Assembly: GCA_947259275.1 (NCBI GenBank)
Contig: CAMYMH010000001.1
Span: 108,287-172,286, forward strand
Direction: 5' to 3'
DNA: 64,000 nucleotides
Source of the DNA: an uncultured Acidimicrobiaceae bacterium
GTDB taxonomy: Bacteria > Actinomycetota > Acidimicrobiia > Spongiisociales > SHLN01
Both the position numbers and the translations under genes were made by a program. Position 1 is the stretch's first letter, and the number at the start of each line of letters is the position of its first letter. Under the pieces are notes generated by a model, which was not told the origin of the DNA, made no database searches, and saw only the letters and a list, made by a program, of their open reading frames with translations. Shown piece by piece: positions 46,027 to 56,819 of the stretch.

Positions 46027-47196
46027 GTGACCAGGCTGCCGATCGCGCCCACTCTCGACTCCATTCGTGAGGAAGCAGCTTTCACCGTCCTCGACCAGGT
46101 CGTGCGAATGCGGCGCGACGGCATCGATGTGATCAGTCTCGGGATCGGCCAGCCCGACTTCGACCCGCCACCCCATGTCGTCGAAGCAGCCCGGCAGGCC
46201 CTGGCGGCTGGTCCCCACGGATACACGCCGGCCCTTGGTCTCCCCGAGCTGCGGGATGCCGTGGCCGAACACCTTGTTCGCCTCTACGACGTCGAGGTAT
46301 CCGCCGCTTCGGTGGCTATCGTTCCCGCCGGCAAGCTGACGATTAGTCTCGCCCTGCAAATGTTCGGTCGGCCGGGAGCCGAGATCCTTCTTCCCGATCC
46401 GGGCTTCCCTCCCTATCGCTCGGCGATCGGCTTCTCCGGTGCCACTCCCGTCGGCTACCCGTTGCCGGAGGCGGCCGGCTTTGGGTTGGATGCCGACCGG
46501 GTCCTGGAGCGGATAACCCCGGCCACGACGCTGCTAATCCTGAATAGTCCGTCGAATCCCACCGGCGGGACCGCGTCACGGGAGCAGTTGGATCGGCTCG
46601 TGAACGGGTTGAAGGATCACCCTCATGTCGTGGTCCTCAGTGACGAGATCTATAGCGGCCTCGCCTTCGATCATCCCCACCACACCATGCTGGCCTACCC
46701 GGAGATTCGCCACCGCTTGATCGTCCTCGACGGGTGGAGCAAGACCTACGGCATGACCGGGTGGCGGCTCGGTTGGGGAGTATGGCCCGACTCGCTCATC
46801 GCTCCTCTTCGCAAGCTGATCCTCATCAGTCACTCTTGTGTCAACATCGCCGCTCAGTACGGCGGGATGGCCGCCCTCACCGGTCCACAAGACTTGGCCC
46901 GGGAGATGAGAGCGACCTTCGATACCCGTCGGCGGTTCGTGGTGGAGGCCGCCAACGGAGTCCCCGGCTTTTCCTGCGCGATGCCGGGCGGGGCGTTCTA
47001 CGCATTTCCCAACATCGAAGCGACCGGGCACAGTGATGAAGACATTGCCGGGCTGCTGCTGGATGAGGCCCACGTGGCGGTGATTCCCGGCAACGACTTC
47101 GGCGAAAACGGCCTGGGCCACATTCGCATCTCATATGCCTCGCCCATGCACCTCCTCGAGGAGGCCTTCACTCGTATCCGACAGACGCTGAGCTGA
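46027..47196 (+). CDS. PLP-dependent aminotransferase class I/II
   Basis: 'GIGQPDF', 'NSPSNPTG', 'SDEIY', 'SKTYGMTGWRLG'; TAGATT 7 nt before GTG. Confidence 0.92.
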   Translation: MTRLPIAPTLDSIREEAAFTVLDQVVRMRRDGIDVISLGIGQPDFDPPPHVVEAARQALAAGPHGYTPALGLPELRDAVAEHLVRLYDVEVSAASVAIVPAGKLTISLALQMFGRPGAEILLPDPGFPPYRSAIGFSGATPVGYPLPEAAGFGLDADRVLERITPATTLLILNSPSNPTGGTASREQLDRLVNGLKDHPHVVVLSDEIYSGLAFDHPHHTMLAYPEIRHRLIVLDGWSKTYGMTGWRLGWGVWPDSLIAPLRKLILISHSCVNIAAQYGGMAALTGPQDLAREMRATFDTRRRFVVEAANGVPGFSCAMPGGAFYAFPNIEATGHSDEDIAGLLLDEAHVAVIPGNDFGENGLGHIRISYASPMHLLEEAFTRIRQTLS

Positions 47197-47240
47197 GGCC
47201 ATCCCACGGTTTCCCCCATCACCACCGTGGGGCCCGCACG

Positions 47241-47636
47241 CTACCGGAGCGAGGCCCAGGGCTCCTCGGCGGCAACATCCACCAGGGCATACCCGGCCTC
47301 GCCGACGCAAGGGCTGAGGATCGCCAACAGCTTGGCCTCATCGTCCGAATCGTTGAACGACGCATGCACTGTGTCCGGCGGGATGAAGCAGGAGTCACCG
47401 GTTGAAAGGATTTGCTTCTCCTCACCGATCCACTGCTCGATCCGGCCGCTCACCACCAAGAGCACCTCTTCCTGATCGAGATGCTTATGGAAGTCATGGC
47501 ACCCACCGGGGGCGAACAACGCGTCGATCACAACCAGCTGGATTGCGCCCGTGGTCTCCGGCCGGCTCAGCCATCCCAGCTGTCCCCATCCGAACTCGTC
47601 TCTCGCGACGTCAGTCGCCATCAAGAATGCAGCCAA
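47241..47636 (-). CDS. Cupin domain protein
   Basis: 'HDFHKH..QEE', 'GDSCFIP...VH'; AGGAGG before TTG. Confidence 0.85.
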   Translation of the reverse strand: MAAFLMATDVARDEFGWGQLGWLSRPETTGAIQLVVIDALFAPGGCHDFHKHLDQEEVLLVVSGRIEQWIGEEKQILSTGDSCFIPPDTVHASFNDSDDEAKLLAILSPCVGEAGYALVDVAAEEPWASLR

Positions 47637-47849
47637 TTCCCCTCCTGAGTTTGGGTACCTGCGGCGGTGCCACAGGCCTTCTTGCGCCGCGCTTTGCCGA
47701 GGTTTCCTGGCGAGTCGAAGAACATGAATCGCGTCCGCATGTGCGGTCACCTGGTAGCTCCCGGTCGAGGATACTCCCCGGGCCTGGGCCCCACCCCAGG
47801 CTCGAGCTTGATTTCGCGCCCTGAAGAGCGTTCTCTAGAATCGCGGCTC

Positions 47850-49349
47850 GTGGCCTCCACTGCTCCGCATGCTTCCCCTGATCCGCTGGCGGGCCTCGAA
47901 GATCGCCGCCTCCTGCGTGATCTCGCCTACCTGGGAGGAGCCTGGGTAGCCGCCGACGACGGCACAACTTTCCCCGTGGACGATCCGTCCAGCGGCACTC
48001 AAATCGCCGCCCTTCCCCGCCTGGGCGCAGCCGAAACTAGGCGGGCCATAGAAGCCGCCGGCGACGCCTTGCCGGGCTGGCGGGCCATGACGGCCAAGCA
48101 GCGAGCACGGGTCATGCGCGATTGGGCGGATGCCATGCGGGAGCACAGCGAGGACCTGTCGCTGATCCTGACGGTCGAGCAAGGCAAGCCCATCGCCGAG
48201 TCACGGGCCGAGATCGAATACGCGGCTTCATTCCTCGAGTGGTTCGGCGAGGAAGCCAAGCGTCTGTACGGCGACGTCATCCCCACCCCCATCCCGGGTC
48301 GGCGGGTCGTGGTCCTCAAAGAGCCGGTGGGAGTCACCGCCGGGATCACGCCCTGGAACTTCCCTTCGGCGATGATTACCCGCAAGTGCGCCCCCGCCCT
48401 GGCCGCCGGCAACACGATGGTGTTGAAGCCCGCCGAACAGACGCCGCTCTCGGCACTCGCTATTTGTGAGCTGGCCGAGCGAGCCGGGGTGCCGCCCGGT
48501 GTCTTCAACGTAGTAACCGGGGCCGCCGAGGACGCGCCGGCGATCGGCGAAGAGATGACCTCCAATCCGACGGTACGGATGGTCGGCTTCACGGGTTCGA
48601 CGGAGGTCGGCAAACTCCTGATGCGGCGATGTGCCGAGACCGTAAAGAAGGTCAGCCTCGAGCTGGGAGGCAACGCCCCCTTCATCATCTTCGACGACGC
48701 AGATCTCGATGCTGCCGTGGATGCGCTCGAGTCATGCAAGTGGAGGAACGCCGGCCAAACCTGCATCTCGGCCAATCGCATCCTCGTGCAGCGAGGCGTC
48801 ATCGATGAGTTCACCGCTCGCCTCGTCGACCACGCCCGGGGCTTGAAGGTAGCGGGCGGGACGGTGGACGGAGCCCAGATAGGACCCCTGATCGATCAGC
48901 AGGGCTTTGACAAGGTGACGAAACACCTGGCAGACGCCATCGACGGTGGAGCAAAGGTGGCCACCGGAGGGGGGCCCCACGAGCTGGGTGGCCTCTTCCT
49001 GCAACCGACGGTGCTCACCGACGTGACCCCGGACATGGTGATGTCCTGTGAGGAGACGTTCGGGCCGGTGGCGGGGCTGATCCCGTTCGACACCGAGGAG
49101 GAGGCGATTCGCATCGCCAACGACACCCCGTTTGGGCTGTGCGCCTATTTCTTCACTCGCGACATGGCTACCGCCTGGCGGGTCGGCGAGGCATTGGAGG
49201 CCGGCATCGTCGGTCTCAATACCGGCTTCGTGTCGACGGAGGTGGCGCCGTTCGGGGGTGTCAAGGAGTCCGGGTTGGGCCGGGAGGGCTCCTACTACGC
49301 CATTGAAGAGTGGGTGGAGACGAAGTACTTCACGTTCGCCGGCCTCTGA
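47850..49349 (+). CDS. gabD: NAD(P)-dependent succinate-semialdehyde dehydrogenase
   Basis: 'ITPWNFPSAMITRK', 'FTGSTEVG', 'LELGGNAP', 'NAGQTC', 'EETFGP'. Confidence 0.88.
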   Translation: MASTAPHASPDPLAGLEDRRLLRDLAYLGGAWVAADDGTTFPVDDPSSGTQIAALPRLGAAETRRAIEAAGDALPGWRAMTAKQRARVMRDWADAMREHSEDLSLILTVEQGKPIAESRAEIEYAASFLEWFGEEAKRLYGDVIPTPIPGRRVVVLKEPVGVTAGITPWNFPSAMITRKCAPALAAGNTMVLKPAEQTPLSALAICELAERAGVPPGVFNVVTGAAEDAPAIGEEMTSNPTVRMVGFTGSTEVGKLLMRRCAETVKKVSLELGGNAPFIIFDDADLDAAVDALESCKWRNAGQTCISANRILVQRGVIDEFTARLVDHARGLKVAGGTVDGAQIGPLIDQQGFDKVTKHLADAIDGGAKVATGGGPHELGGLFLQPTVLTDVTPDMVMSCEETFGPVAGLIPFDTEEEAIRIANDTPFGLCAYFFTRDMATAWRVGEALEAGIVGLNTGFVSTEVAPFGGVKESGLGREGSYYAIEEWVETKYFTFAGL

Positions 49350-49368
49350 TGAGAGCGAGGGAACCAGC

Positions 49369-49683
49369 GTGATTGTCGAGCAAAGGGATTACCACATTCA
49401 CACCGGCAAGCTCCGCGAGCTGGTCGGCCTGTACGAGAACGAGGGCATCGTCATCCAGCGAGAGATCCTCGGCAACCTATTGGGCTGGTTCACCACCGAC
49501 GTGGGGGCCCTCTCCACGGTGGTGAGCATGTGGGGCTACCCCAGCAGCGCCGAACGGGAAGAACGCCGTGCCCGGCTTCAGCAGGACGAGCGCTGGCAAC
49601 AATTCGTCAAGAAGGTTCAGCCGCTGATCCACACCCAGCACAACCGTATCCTCAAGCCCACCGGCTTCTCTCCGATTCGATAA
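49369..49683 (+). CDS. NIPSNAP family protein
   Basis: 'VEQRDY', 'MWGY.S..ERE.RR', 'PTGFSP'. Confidence 0.88.
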   Translation: MIVEQRDYHIHTGKLRELVGLYENEGIVIQREILGNLLGWFTTDVGALSTVVSMWGYPSSAEREERRARLQQDERWQQFVKKVQPLIHTQHNRILKPTGFSPIR

Positions 49684-49713
49684 AGTCCACAACGAGCACA
49701 GAAAGGCGGTCCC

Positions 49714-50457
49714 ATGAGCCTCGAGTCGAGAGTCGCCATCGTGACCGGTGGCGCCCAAGGCATCGGACGAGCCATCGCCGACGGATTGGCTGCCGCCGGC
49801 GCCAGGATCGTGATCGCCGACCTCGCCAATGCCGAGGCCGCAGCCAAGACCTACCCCGACGGTATCGGATTGACCGTCGACGTGTCCGATCCCAGCCAGG
49901 TCGACGACATGGCTGCCACCGTCAAGGAACAGTGCGGGTCCATCGACATCCTGATCAACAACGCAGGCATCTATGCCTCGCTCGAGATGCGCGCTTTCGA
50001 TCAGATCCCGGTCGAGGAGTGGCGCAAGGTGATGGACATCAATGTTCTGTCCATGTTCCTGACGTCCCGCGCCGTCGTGCCGATCATGAAACAGCAGGGC
50101 GGAGGCAAGATCGTGAATATCTCCTCCGGCACGCCGTTTCGCGGCGTGCCCTTCCTCCTGCACTATGTGACCAGCAAGGGTGCGGTGGTTGCGCTCACCC
50201 GCTCCCTGGCGAAGGAACTGGGAGCCGACAACGTCCTGGTCAACTGCGTTGCCCCCGGGTTCACGGTCAGCGACGGGGTCATTGAGCACCCGGAGGTGCT
50301 CGAGGTATTGGCAGACGTGTCCATCGCCGCCCGCACCCTGAAGCGGGAGCAGGTGCCCGGGGACGTGACCGGTGCGGTCGTCTTCCTCTGCAGTCCCGAA
50401 GCCGATTTCATCACTGGGCAGACGATGGTGATCGACGGCGGCCAGTATTTCCATTGA
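49714..50457 (+). CDS. Short-chain dehydrogenase/reductase
   Basis: 'TGGAQGIG', 'NNAG', 'YVTSK'. Confidence 0.92.
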   Translation: MSLESRVAIVTGGAQGIGRAIADGLAAAGARIVIADLANAEAAAKTYPDGIGLTVDVSDPSQVDDMAATVKEQCGSIDILINNAGIYASLEMRAFDQIPVEEWRKVMDINVLSMFLTSRAVVPIMKQQGGGKIVNISSGTPFRGVPFLLHYVTSKGAVVALTRSLAKELGADNVLVNCVAPGFTVSDGVIEHPEVLEVLADVSIAARTLKREQVPGDVTGAVVFLCSPEADFITGQTMVIDGGQYFH

Positions 50458-50461
50458 GCCG

Positions 50462-51007
50462 ATGCGTCTCACGCTGACCCACCACGCTGACGGGGTTGTC
50501 ACGCCGGATGACGGCACGCGGGTCGTCTACGACGTTGCCGGCAACCAGGCCTACTTCGGTGCCGCCTCCATCGCCGGGCCGGCCCTGGTGTGGGAGCTGC
50601 ATGCGGGCAGCCCAACGCCCCAGGCGTTGCTGTCGGCCGAGGTGGCACTCGATCCGGACGATGAATGGCTGGTGAGATGTGACCGGATCGACTTCCCGCC
50701 CGGCGGCATTGCCCACCGGCACACTCATCCCGGCCCCGGAATCCGCTGCCAGCTCTTCGGCGAGCTGACGGTGGAGACCGGAGGTCGGTCCGGTACGTAT
50801 GGGCCGCTCGCTGCCTGGTTCGAGACCGGACCCGACCCTGTCTACGCCGTCGCAACCGACGCCGGGGACAGCGCCTTTGTCCGCGTCATGTTGCTCCCGC
50901 GCCAATGGGAGGGACGGCGCACCATTCGATACCTCGATCCCGCCGACGAGGACAAGCCCAAGCTCCAGCGCGCCACGGTGTTCTTCGACCGCCCCATCGA
51001 GATCTAA
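50462..51007 (+). CDS. Cupin-like hypothetical protein
   Basis: 'FPPGGIAHRHTHPGPGIRC', 'WFE.G..PV'. Confidence 0.75.
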   Translation: MRLTLTHHADGVVTPDDGTRVVYDVAGNQAYFGAASIAGPALVWELHAGSPTPQALLSAEVALDPDDEWLVRCDRIDFPPGGIAHRHTHPGPGIRCQLFGELTVETGGRSGTYGPLAAWFETGPDPVYAVATDAGDSAFVRVMLLPRQWEGRRTIRYLDPADEDKPKLQRATVFFDRPIEI

Positions 51008-51009
51008 AG

Positions 51010-52665
51010 ATGCGCAACGGCGGCCGGATCCTCGTCGACCAGTTGCGCATCCACGGCGTCGATACGGTATATACCGTCCCCGGGGAGAGCTTCCTGCCGG
51101 CGCTCGATGCTCTCTACGAGCTCAGGGACGAGATCCGGCTCGTCACCGCCCGCCACGAGGGGGGTGCGGCCAATATGGCGGAGGCTCACGCCAAGCTCAC
51201 CGGGACTCCGTCTGTCTGCTTCGTCAATCGAGGGCCGGGGGCGACCCATGCTGCCAACGGGGTCCACACCGCCTTTCAGGACTCAACGCCGCTGATCGTT
51301 CTCATCGGCCAGGGCCCGCGCGGCTTTCTGGACCGCGAGTCCTTCCAGGAGATCGATCATCGGGTGTTCTTCAGTCAGCTGACGAAATGGGCGGGTCAGG
51401 TCGAGGATCCGGCTCGTATCCCCGAGCTGGTCGGCAAAGCGATGCATATCGCCTTGGAGGGCCGGCCCGGCCCGGTCGCCCTGGCGTTGCCCGAGGATGT
51501 CCTGACGGCGGAGTGTGAAACTGCCGATGCCAGGCCGTATCGCATCACCCGGCCGCATCCTGGAGCCGATGAGATGGCCGAGCTGCGGGCGATGCTCGTC
51601 GCCTCCCAGAGGCCCGCCATGATCGTGGGAGGCGGCGGCTGGACCACCGCCGCCAGCCGCGACCTGCTGGCGTTTGCCGAGGCCAACCGGATCCCGACGG
51701 CGGCTTCCTTTCGGTGCCAGGACTACATCGACAACCATTCGGAGGTGTACTTCGGATACGGCGGCCTGGGGATCCGCCCCAAGCTCGCCGAGCGGATCAA
51801 GGACGCCGATCTGCTGCTCGTCGTCGGTGCCAGGCTGGGGGAGGCCACCACCAGCCGCTATTCGCTGGTGGAAATCCCCACTCCGCGCCAGAAGCTGGTC
51901 CACGTCCATCTCGGCCCCGAGGAGCTGGGAAGCGTCTACCAGGCCGACCTTCCCATCAATGCCGGATATGGCGAGTTCGCGGCTGCGGCCCGGGCGCTCG
52001 CTCCGGTGGAAGGAACCTGGGGTGGGTGGGCAGACTCTGCCCGGGCCGACTACCTCGACGATCTCGCGCCACCCGAAGCCCCCGGCGACCTCAATCTGGC
52101 GGCGGTGGTGCGCCACGTGAGCGAAGTGCTGCCGGCGGAGGCGATCATCACCAACGGCGCCGGCAACTTCACGGTCTGGGCCCACCGCTACTACCAATTC
52201 ACCTCGTTTCGCACTCAGCTAGGGCCGACGAGTGGTTCGATGGCGTACGGCATTCCGGCCGGGGTGGCAGCAAAAGTGGTGCATCCCGATCGGCCGGTGA
52301 TCGCCTTCACCGGCGACGGCGACGCCATGATGTCGTTTCAGGAGATAGCGACCGCAGTCCAGCACGGTCTCGACCCGGTCATCCTGCTGGTGAACAACGG
52401 CATGCTGGCGACCATGCGCATGCACCAGGAGCGCCGCTTCCCGGGCCGGGTGCACGGCACCGACCTCGTCAATCCCGACTTCCAGGCGCTCGGTGCCTCC
52501 TTCGGCCTTCACACCGAGCTGGTGGAGCGGGACGCTGATTTCCCGGCCGCCTTCGACCGGGCACTCGCCGCCGGCCGCGCCGCGCTGGTCGAGCTCCGCA
52601 TCGATCCCGAGCAGCTCACCCCCGGCAAGACGCTGGCAGGCACCCGCCGGGCGGCCCTCGCCTGA
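51010..52665 (+). CDS. TPP-binding enzyme (acetolactate synthase-like)
   Basis: 'VPGESFL', 'RHEGGA', 'RGPGA', 'GDGDAMM', 'NNG'. Confidence 0.9.
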   Translation: MRNGGRILVDQLRIHGVDTVYTVPGESFLPALDALYELRDEIRLVTARHEGGAANMAEAHAKLTGTPSVCFVNRGPGATHAANGVHTAFQDSTPLIVLIGQGPRGFLDRESFQEIDHRVFFSQLTKWAGQVEDPARIPELVGKAMHIALEGRPGPVALALPEDVLTAECETADARPYRITRPHPGADEMAELRAMLVASQRPAMIVGGGGWTTAASRDLLAFAEANRIPTAASFRCQDYIDNHSEVYFGYGGLGIRPKLAERIKDADLLLVVGARLGEATTSRYSLVEIPTPRQKLVHVHLGPEELGSVYQADLPINAGYGEFAAAARALAPVEGTWGGWADSARADYLDDLAPPEAPGDLNLAAVVRHVSEVLPAEAIITNGAGNFTVWAHRYYQFTSFRTQLGPTSGSMAYGIPAGVAAKVVHPDRPVIAFTGDGDAMMSFQEIATAVQHGLDPVILLVNNGMLATMRMHQERRFPGRVHGTDLVNPDFQALGASFGLHTELVERDADFPAAFDRALAAGRAALVELRIDPEQLTPGKTLAGTRRAALA

Positions 52666-52716
52666 CCCCAGGCGGCGTGCGGTAGGGTCAGGTACGGCGA
52701 GCCAAGGAGCGAGATC

Positions 52717-52920
52717 ATGCCGCTGATTCGAGTCGAGCTGTTCGACTACCGCATCGATGACGACGTGAGCGCCAAGCTCATAGAAGGGATGACCGATGTC
52801 ATGTGCGACGTCATCCACGAGAGCATGCGGGACCACACCTTCGTCATCGTGGAAGGGCACTCACCGAAGAACTGGGGCGTCGGTGGCCGGCCGTGGCCGG
52901 TCCAGGAGATGGAGGTCTGA
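52717..52920 (+). CDS. 4-oxalocrotonate tautomerase family protein
   Basis: N-terminal Pro1, 'NWGVGG', 67 aa; AGGAG RBS. Confidence 0.88.
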   Translation: MPLIRVELFDYRIDDDVSAKLIEGMTDVMCDVIHESMRDHTFVIVEGHSPKNWGVGGRPWPVQEMEV

Positions 52921-52938
52921 GCCGGGCACGATGTTGTC

Positions 52939-54051
52939 ATGAAGACACTGGCGGCCGTCGTCCGCCGGCCGGGCGAATTGACGATCGAGGAGATTACCCT
53001 CGACCCTCCCCAGGCAGGCGAAGTGCTGGTACGCATGCTCGCCGCCGGAGTATGTCACTCTGATCTGCACACCTACCTCGGTGAGCTGAGAGTCATGCCA
53101 CCGCTGGTTCTCGGCCACGAGGGAGCCGGGATCGTCGAAGAGGTCGGGTCGGAGGTCACACGAGTGGCGCCCGGTGACTACGTCATGATCAACTGGCTGC
53201 CGGCCGATGGCACGTGTCGAGCCTGCCTTCGGGGAGACCAGCACCTGTGCGAACGACTCCAGGAGACCACGTTCGCCGGCATGCTCCTCGACGGGACCAC
53301 CCGACTACATACCGACGACGGCGTCGATCTCAAGCACTATCTGACCGCATCGACGATGAGCACGCGCATGGTGTATATGGAAGATGCCGTCATCCCGATG
53401 CCGACCGACGTGCCCGCCGAAGTGGTTGCCATCACCGGGTGTGCTGTTGCCACAGGCATCGGCACCGTGGTCAACAGCGTGCGGGCAGAGCCGGGGAGCT
53501 CGGCGGCGGTTATCGGATGTGGCGGTATCGGACTGTCGATGATTCAGGGCTCCAAACTGAGCGGCTGTCATCCCATCATCGCTCTCGACCTGGTCGATGG
53601 CCGCCTGGAGATCGCCGGGCAGCTGGGCGCCACCCACACCATCAACTCGGCGCGGGTGGAGGCGACTGGGGCTGTGCACGATCTGACGGGACCGGGAGCC
53701 GACTACGCCTTCGACAGTGTCGGCTCCGAGGTAACCATCAACCAGGCGCTGGAGCTGATTCGGCCGGGTGGAACGGTGGGTGTGGCCGGGCTCCACTCCG
53801 CCAGGGCCGAGGTCGCCATCCCGGCCGGGCCCCTGGTGCTCCAGGCCAAGACGCTGAGGGGGGCTTTCGGAGGATCGCTCAAACCTCGCCAGGATCTACC
53901 CCGCCTCATCGAGCTCTTCCGGGCCGGGCTGCTGCAAACCGATCAGATGATCACGCACCGCTATCGACTGGAGGAACTGCGACAGGCGTTTGCCGACATG
54001 CAGGCGGGGCGGGGCGCCAAGAGCGTAATCGTATTTGACCAAGAGGAGTGA
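52939..54051 (+). CDS. Zn-dependent alcohol dehydrogenase
   Basis: 'CHSD', 'GHEGAG', 'GCAVATG', 'GCGGIG'. Confidence 0.92.
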   Translation: MKTLAAVVRRPGELTIEEITLDPPQAGEVLVRMLAAGVCHSDLHTYLGELRVMPPLVLGHEGAGIVEEVGSEVTRVAPGDYVMINWLPADGTCRACLRGDQHLCERLQETTFAGMLLDGTTRLHTDDGVDLKHYLTASTMSTRMVYMEDAVIPMPTDVPAEVVAITGCAVATGIGTVVNSVRAEPGSSAAVIGCGGIGLSMIQGSKLSGCHPIIALDLVDGRLEIAGQLGATHTINSARVEATGAVHDLTGPGADYAFDSVGSEVTINQALELIRPGGTVGVAGLHSARAEVAIPAGPLVLQAKTLRGAFGGSLKPRQDLPRLIELFRAGLLQTDQMITHRYRLEELRQAFADMQAGRGAKSVIVFDQEE

Positions 54052-54054
54052 GAA

Positions 54055-55629
54055 ATGTTGGAACCAGTACTCATCAACGGCGAGTGGCGAGCGGCATCGG
54101 ACGCAGGCACTTTCAACGCCTACGACCCTTCGACCGCTGAGACTTTCCCCGAGACGTTTCCCGTATCGAGCATGGAGGACGTCGAGGCGGCGCTCGACGC
54201 CGGTCACGAGGCGGTCCGCCGGCTGCGTGACATTCCTCCGACGGCGATCGCCGATTTCCTCGACGCCTTCGGCGAGGGCCTGCTGGAAAATCGCGACCAG
54301 CTGGTCGCCAGTGCCCATGCCGAGACCGGCCTGCCCGCCGAGCCCCGGCTCAACAGCGTTGAGCTGCCGCGAACCGCCGACCAGCTCCACCAGGCGGCGG
54401 CCGCGGTTCGTGACCGGTCGTGGGTGACGGCCACCATCGACACGGCCACCGGTATCCGCTCGATGTTCCGCCCGCTCGAAAAGCCGGTGGCCGTGTTCGG
54501 GCCCAACAACTTTCCCTTCGCTTTCAACTCCGTCTCCGGCGGAGATTTTGCTGCTGCCATTGCCGCCGGCAACCCGGTCATCGGCAAGGCCCATTCCAGC
54601 CATCCGATGACGACCAAGCTTCTCACCGAGGTGGCGTACGCGGCAGTTCAGACGGCGGGCCTGCCGGCGGCGATGGTGCAGCTGATCTACCGCCTCGATC
54701 ACGCAGATGGAGCCGCCTTCGCCGGGCATCGCAAGCTCGGGGCGATTGGCTTCACCGGCGGCCGGCACGGTGGTCTCAGCCTCAAGGGTCCCGCCGACGC
54801 GGCCGGTATCCCCGTCTACCTGGAGATGAGCAGCGTCAACCCGGTCTTCGTCCTCCCCGGTGCTCTCAGAGCGCGCGGCGAAGAGATCGCCGAAGAGTTC
54901 TACGGGTCGTGCACCCTGGGCGTTGGCCAGTTCTGCACCAACCCGGGCCTGGTGATCGTCCCGACCGGGCCCGACGGCGACGTCTTCGTCGATGCCGCCA
55001 AGCGCCTCTTCGCCGACGGCGACCCCGGCATCCTGCTGGGCCCGCCGGGGCACATCGCCGACTCGGTGGCCACGCTGGAAGGCGCCGGAGCCGAGGTAGT
55101 AGTGGGCGGTTCGGTCGTCGAAGGGGGCGGGTTCTCGTTCGCCAACACGATCCTCACGGCTCCCGCCGGCGCCTTCATCGCCGACCCGGAAGGCCTCCAG
55201 ACCGAGGCATTTGGTCCCGTCTCTCTGATCATTCGGGCGGGGGGTATCGAGGATATGGTGGCCATCGCCGGCGCTCTCGACGGCAACCTGACGGGTTCGA
55301 TCTATTCGGATCCGGACGGTGCCGACGAGCAGGAGTACGGTTCTCTGGAACCGGAGTTGCGGCCGCATGTGGGCCGCCTCCTCAACGACAAGATGCCGAC
55401 CGGGGTGGCAGTCTCCCCGGCGATGAACCACGGCGGGCCCTTCCCGTCGACGGGCCACCCGGGCTTCACCGCCGTCGGGATGCCGGCGGCCATCCATAGG
55501 TTCGCCGCCCTCCATTGCTATGACAACGTGGCCGAACACCGGCTGCCGGTGGAGATCCGCGACGAGAATCCCAACGGCGTCATGTACCGCTTCATCGACC
55601 GGCAATGGACGCGGGACGACGTGGCGTGA
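54055..55629 (+). CDS. Aldehyde dehydrogenase, 2-ketoglutarate semialdehyde dehydrogenase-like
   Basis: 'NFPFAF..SGGDFA', 'EMSSVNP', 'GQFCTNPG', 'PTGVAV..AMNHGGPFPST'. Confidence 0.87.
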   Translation: MLEPVLINGEWRAASDAGTFNAYDPSTAETFPETFPVSSMEDVEAALDAGHEAVRRLRDIPPTAIADFLDAFGEGLLENRDQLVASAHAETGLPAEPRLNSVELPRTADQLHQAAAAVRDRSWVTATIDTATGIRSMFRPLEKPVAVFGPNNFPFAFNSVSGGDFAAAIAAGNPVIGKAHSSHPMTTKLLTEVAYAAVQTAGLPAAMVQLIYRLDHADGAAFAGHRKLGAIGFTGGRHGGLSLKGPADAAGIPVYLEMSSVNPVFVLPGALRARGEEIAEEFYGSCTLGVGQFCTNPGLVIVPTGPDGDVFVDAAKRLFADGDPGILLGPPGHIADSVATLEGAGAEVVVGGSVVEGGGFSFANTILTAPAGAFIADPEGLQTEAFGPVSLIIRAGGIEDMVAIAGALDGNLTGSIYSDPDGADEQEYGSLEPELRPHVGRLLNDKMPTGVAVSPAMNHGGPFPSTGHPGFTAVGMPAAIHRFAALHCYDNVAEHRLPVEIRDENPNGVMYRFIDRQWTRDDVA

Positions 55630-56819
55630 GCAGCCAGCTTTCCCGGGCACTTCGTCCGGATGTCGCACTGCCGAATGATGGGACGGCCGGCACACTGGTC
55701 GGCCGCGCCTGGGTTCCCGGCGACCCCCCGGGGCCGAGCGTGGTGGCACTGCGCGATGAGAGCGTGTTCGACATTTCCACCACAGTGCCGACCATGTCCG
55801 ACCTGTGTAACGCGCCCGATCCGGTGGCCACGGCGGCGGCGACCGGCACACTCATCGGGTCGATCGACGAAGTGCTCGCCAACAGCGCCTACGACGCGCG
55901 CGATGCTGCGCTTCCCTGGTTCCTGGCGCCGGTCGACCTGCAGACGGTTAAGGCCAGCGGAGTCACGTTCGCCACCAGCCTCCTCGAACGGGTGATCGAG
56001 GAACAGGCGGCCGGAGACAAAGCCAAGGCAGAAGCCATCCGCACCCAAATCACCGCCCTCATCGGTGACGACCTCTCCCGTATCGTGCCCGGATCCCAGT
56101 CGGCCATGCGCCTCAAGGAGCATCTCATGGCCGAGGGTGCCTGGTCGCAATACCTCGAAGTGGGTATCGGTCCCGACGCCGAAGTGTTCACCAAGGCCTC
56201 CCCGATGTCGGCAGTCGGTACCGGCAGCGAGGTCGGTGTCCGCCGCGACTCGGGCTGGAACAACCCGGAGCCCGAGTTGGTGATGGTGATTGCAGCCTCC
56301 GGGCATATCGTCGGCGCCGTCCTCGGCAACGATGTCAACCTGCGCGACATCGAGGGTCGCAGCGCCCTCCTGCTGGGGAAGGCAAAGGACAACAATGCAT
56401 CGGCCGCGGTCGGGCCGTTCATCCGGCTCCTCGACGAAACGCTCTCCTTGGACACCCTCAGGAGCCTGATTATCGACCTCGTTCTCCATGGTGACGACGG
56501 CTTCACGATGGTGGGCACCAACTCGATGACCTACATCAGCCGAGACATCGAGGACCTGGTGGCAGCGACCATCGGTGCGCACCATCAATACCCCGATGGG
56601 GCGGTGCTCTTTGCCGGAACGATGTTCGCCCCCACCCAGGATCGGGATGTCCCCGGTGAGGGCTTCACTCACAAGGTCGGTGACGTCGTCGAGATCTCAT
56701 GCCCCGAGCTGGGGACTCTTGTCAATCGCGTCGATCATTGCGAGTCGGTCGAGCCGTGGACCTTCGGCACCGGGGCGTTGATGCGCAACCTGGCGCGACG
56801 CGGCCTCCTCACCCACTAG
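55626..56819 (+). CDS. FAH family protein, 2-keto-3-deoxy-pentonate dehydratase (XylX-like)
   Basis: 'KASGVTF..SLLERVIEE', 'WSQYLEVGIGPDAE', 'WNNPEPE', 'GTMFAPTQDR'. Confidence 0.85.
   Translation: MSSQLSRALRPDVALPNDGTAGTLVGRAWVPGDPPGPSVVALRDESVFDISTTVPTMSDLCNAPDPVATAAATGTLIGSIDEVLANSAYDARDAALPWFLAPVDLQTVKASGVTFATSLLERVIEEQAAGDKAKAEAIRTQITALIGDDLSRIVPGSQSAMRLKEHLMAEGAWSQYLEVGIGPDAEVFTKASPMSAVGTGSEVGVRRDSGWNNPEPELVMVIAASGHIVGAVLGNDVNLRDIEGRSALLLGKAKDNNASAAVGPFIRLLDETLSLDTLRSLIIDLVLHGDDGFTMVGTNSMTYISRDIEDLVAATIGAHHQYPDGAVLFAGTMFAPTQDRDVPGEGFTHKVGDVVEISCPELGTLVNRVDHCESVEPWTFGTGALMRNLARRGLLTH

Noticed and set aside
53896-55851. 651-aa minus-strand ORF and many similar overlapping ORFs
   Set aside because: Shadow ORFs typical of high-GC DNA, lying opposite well-supported genes.
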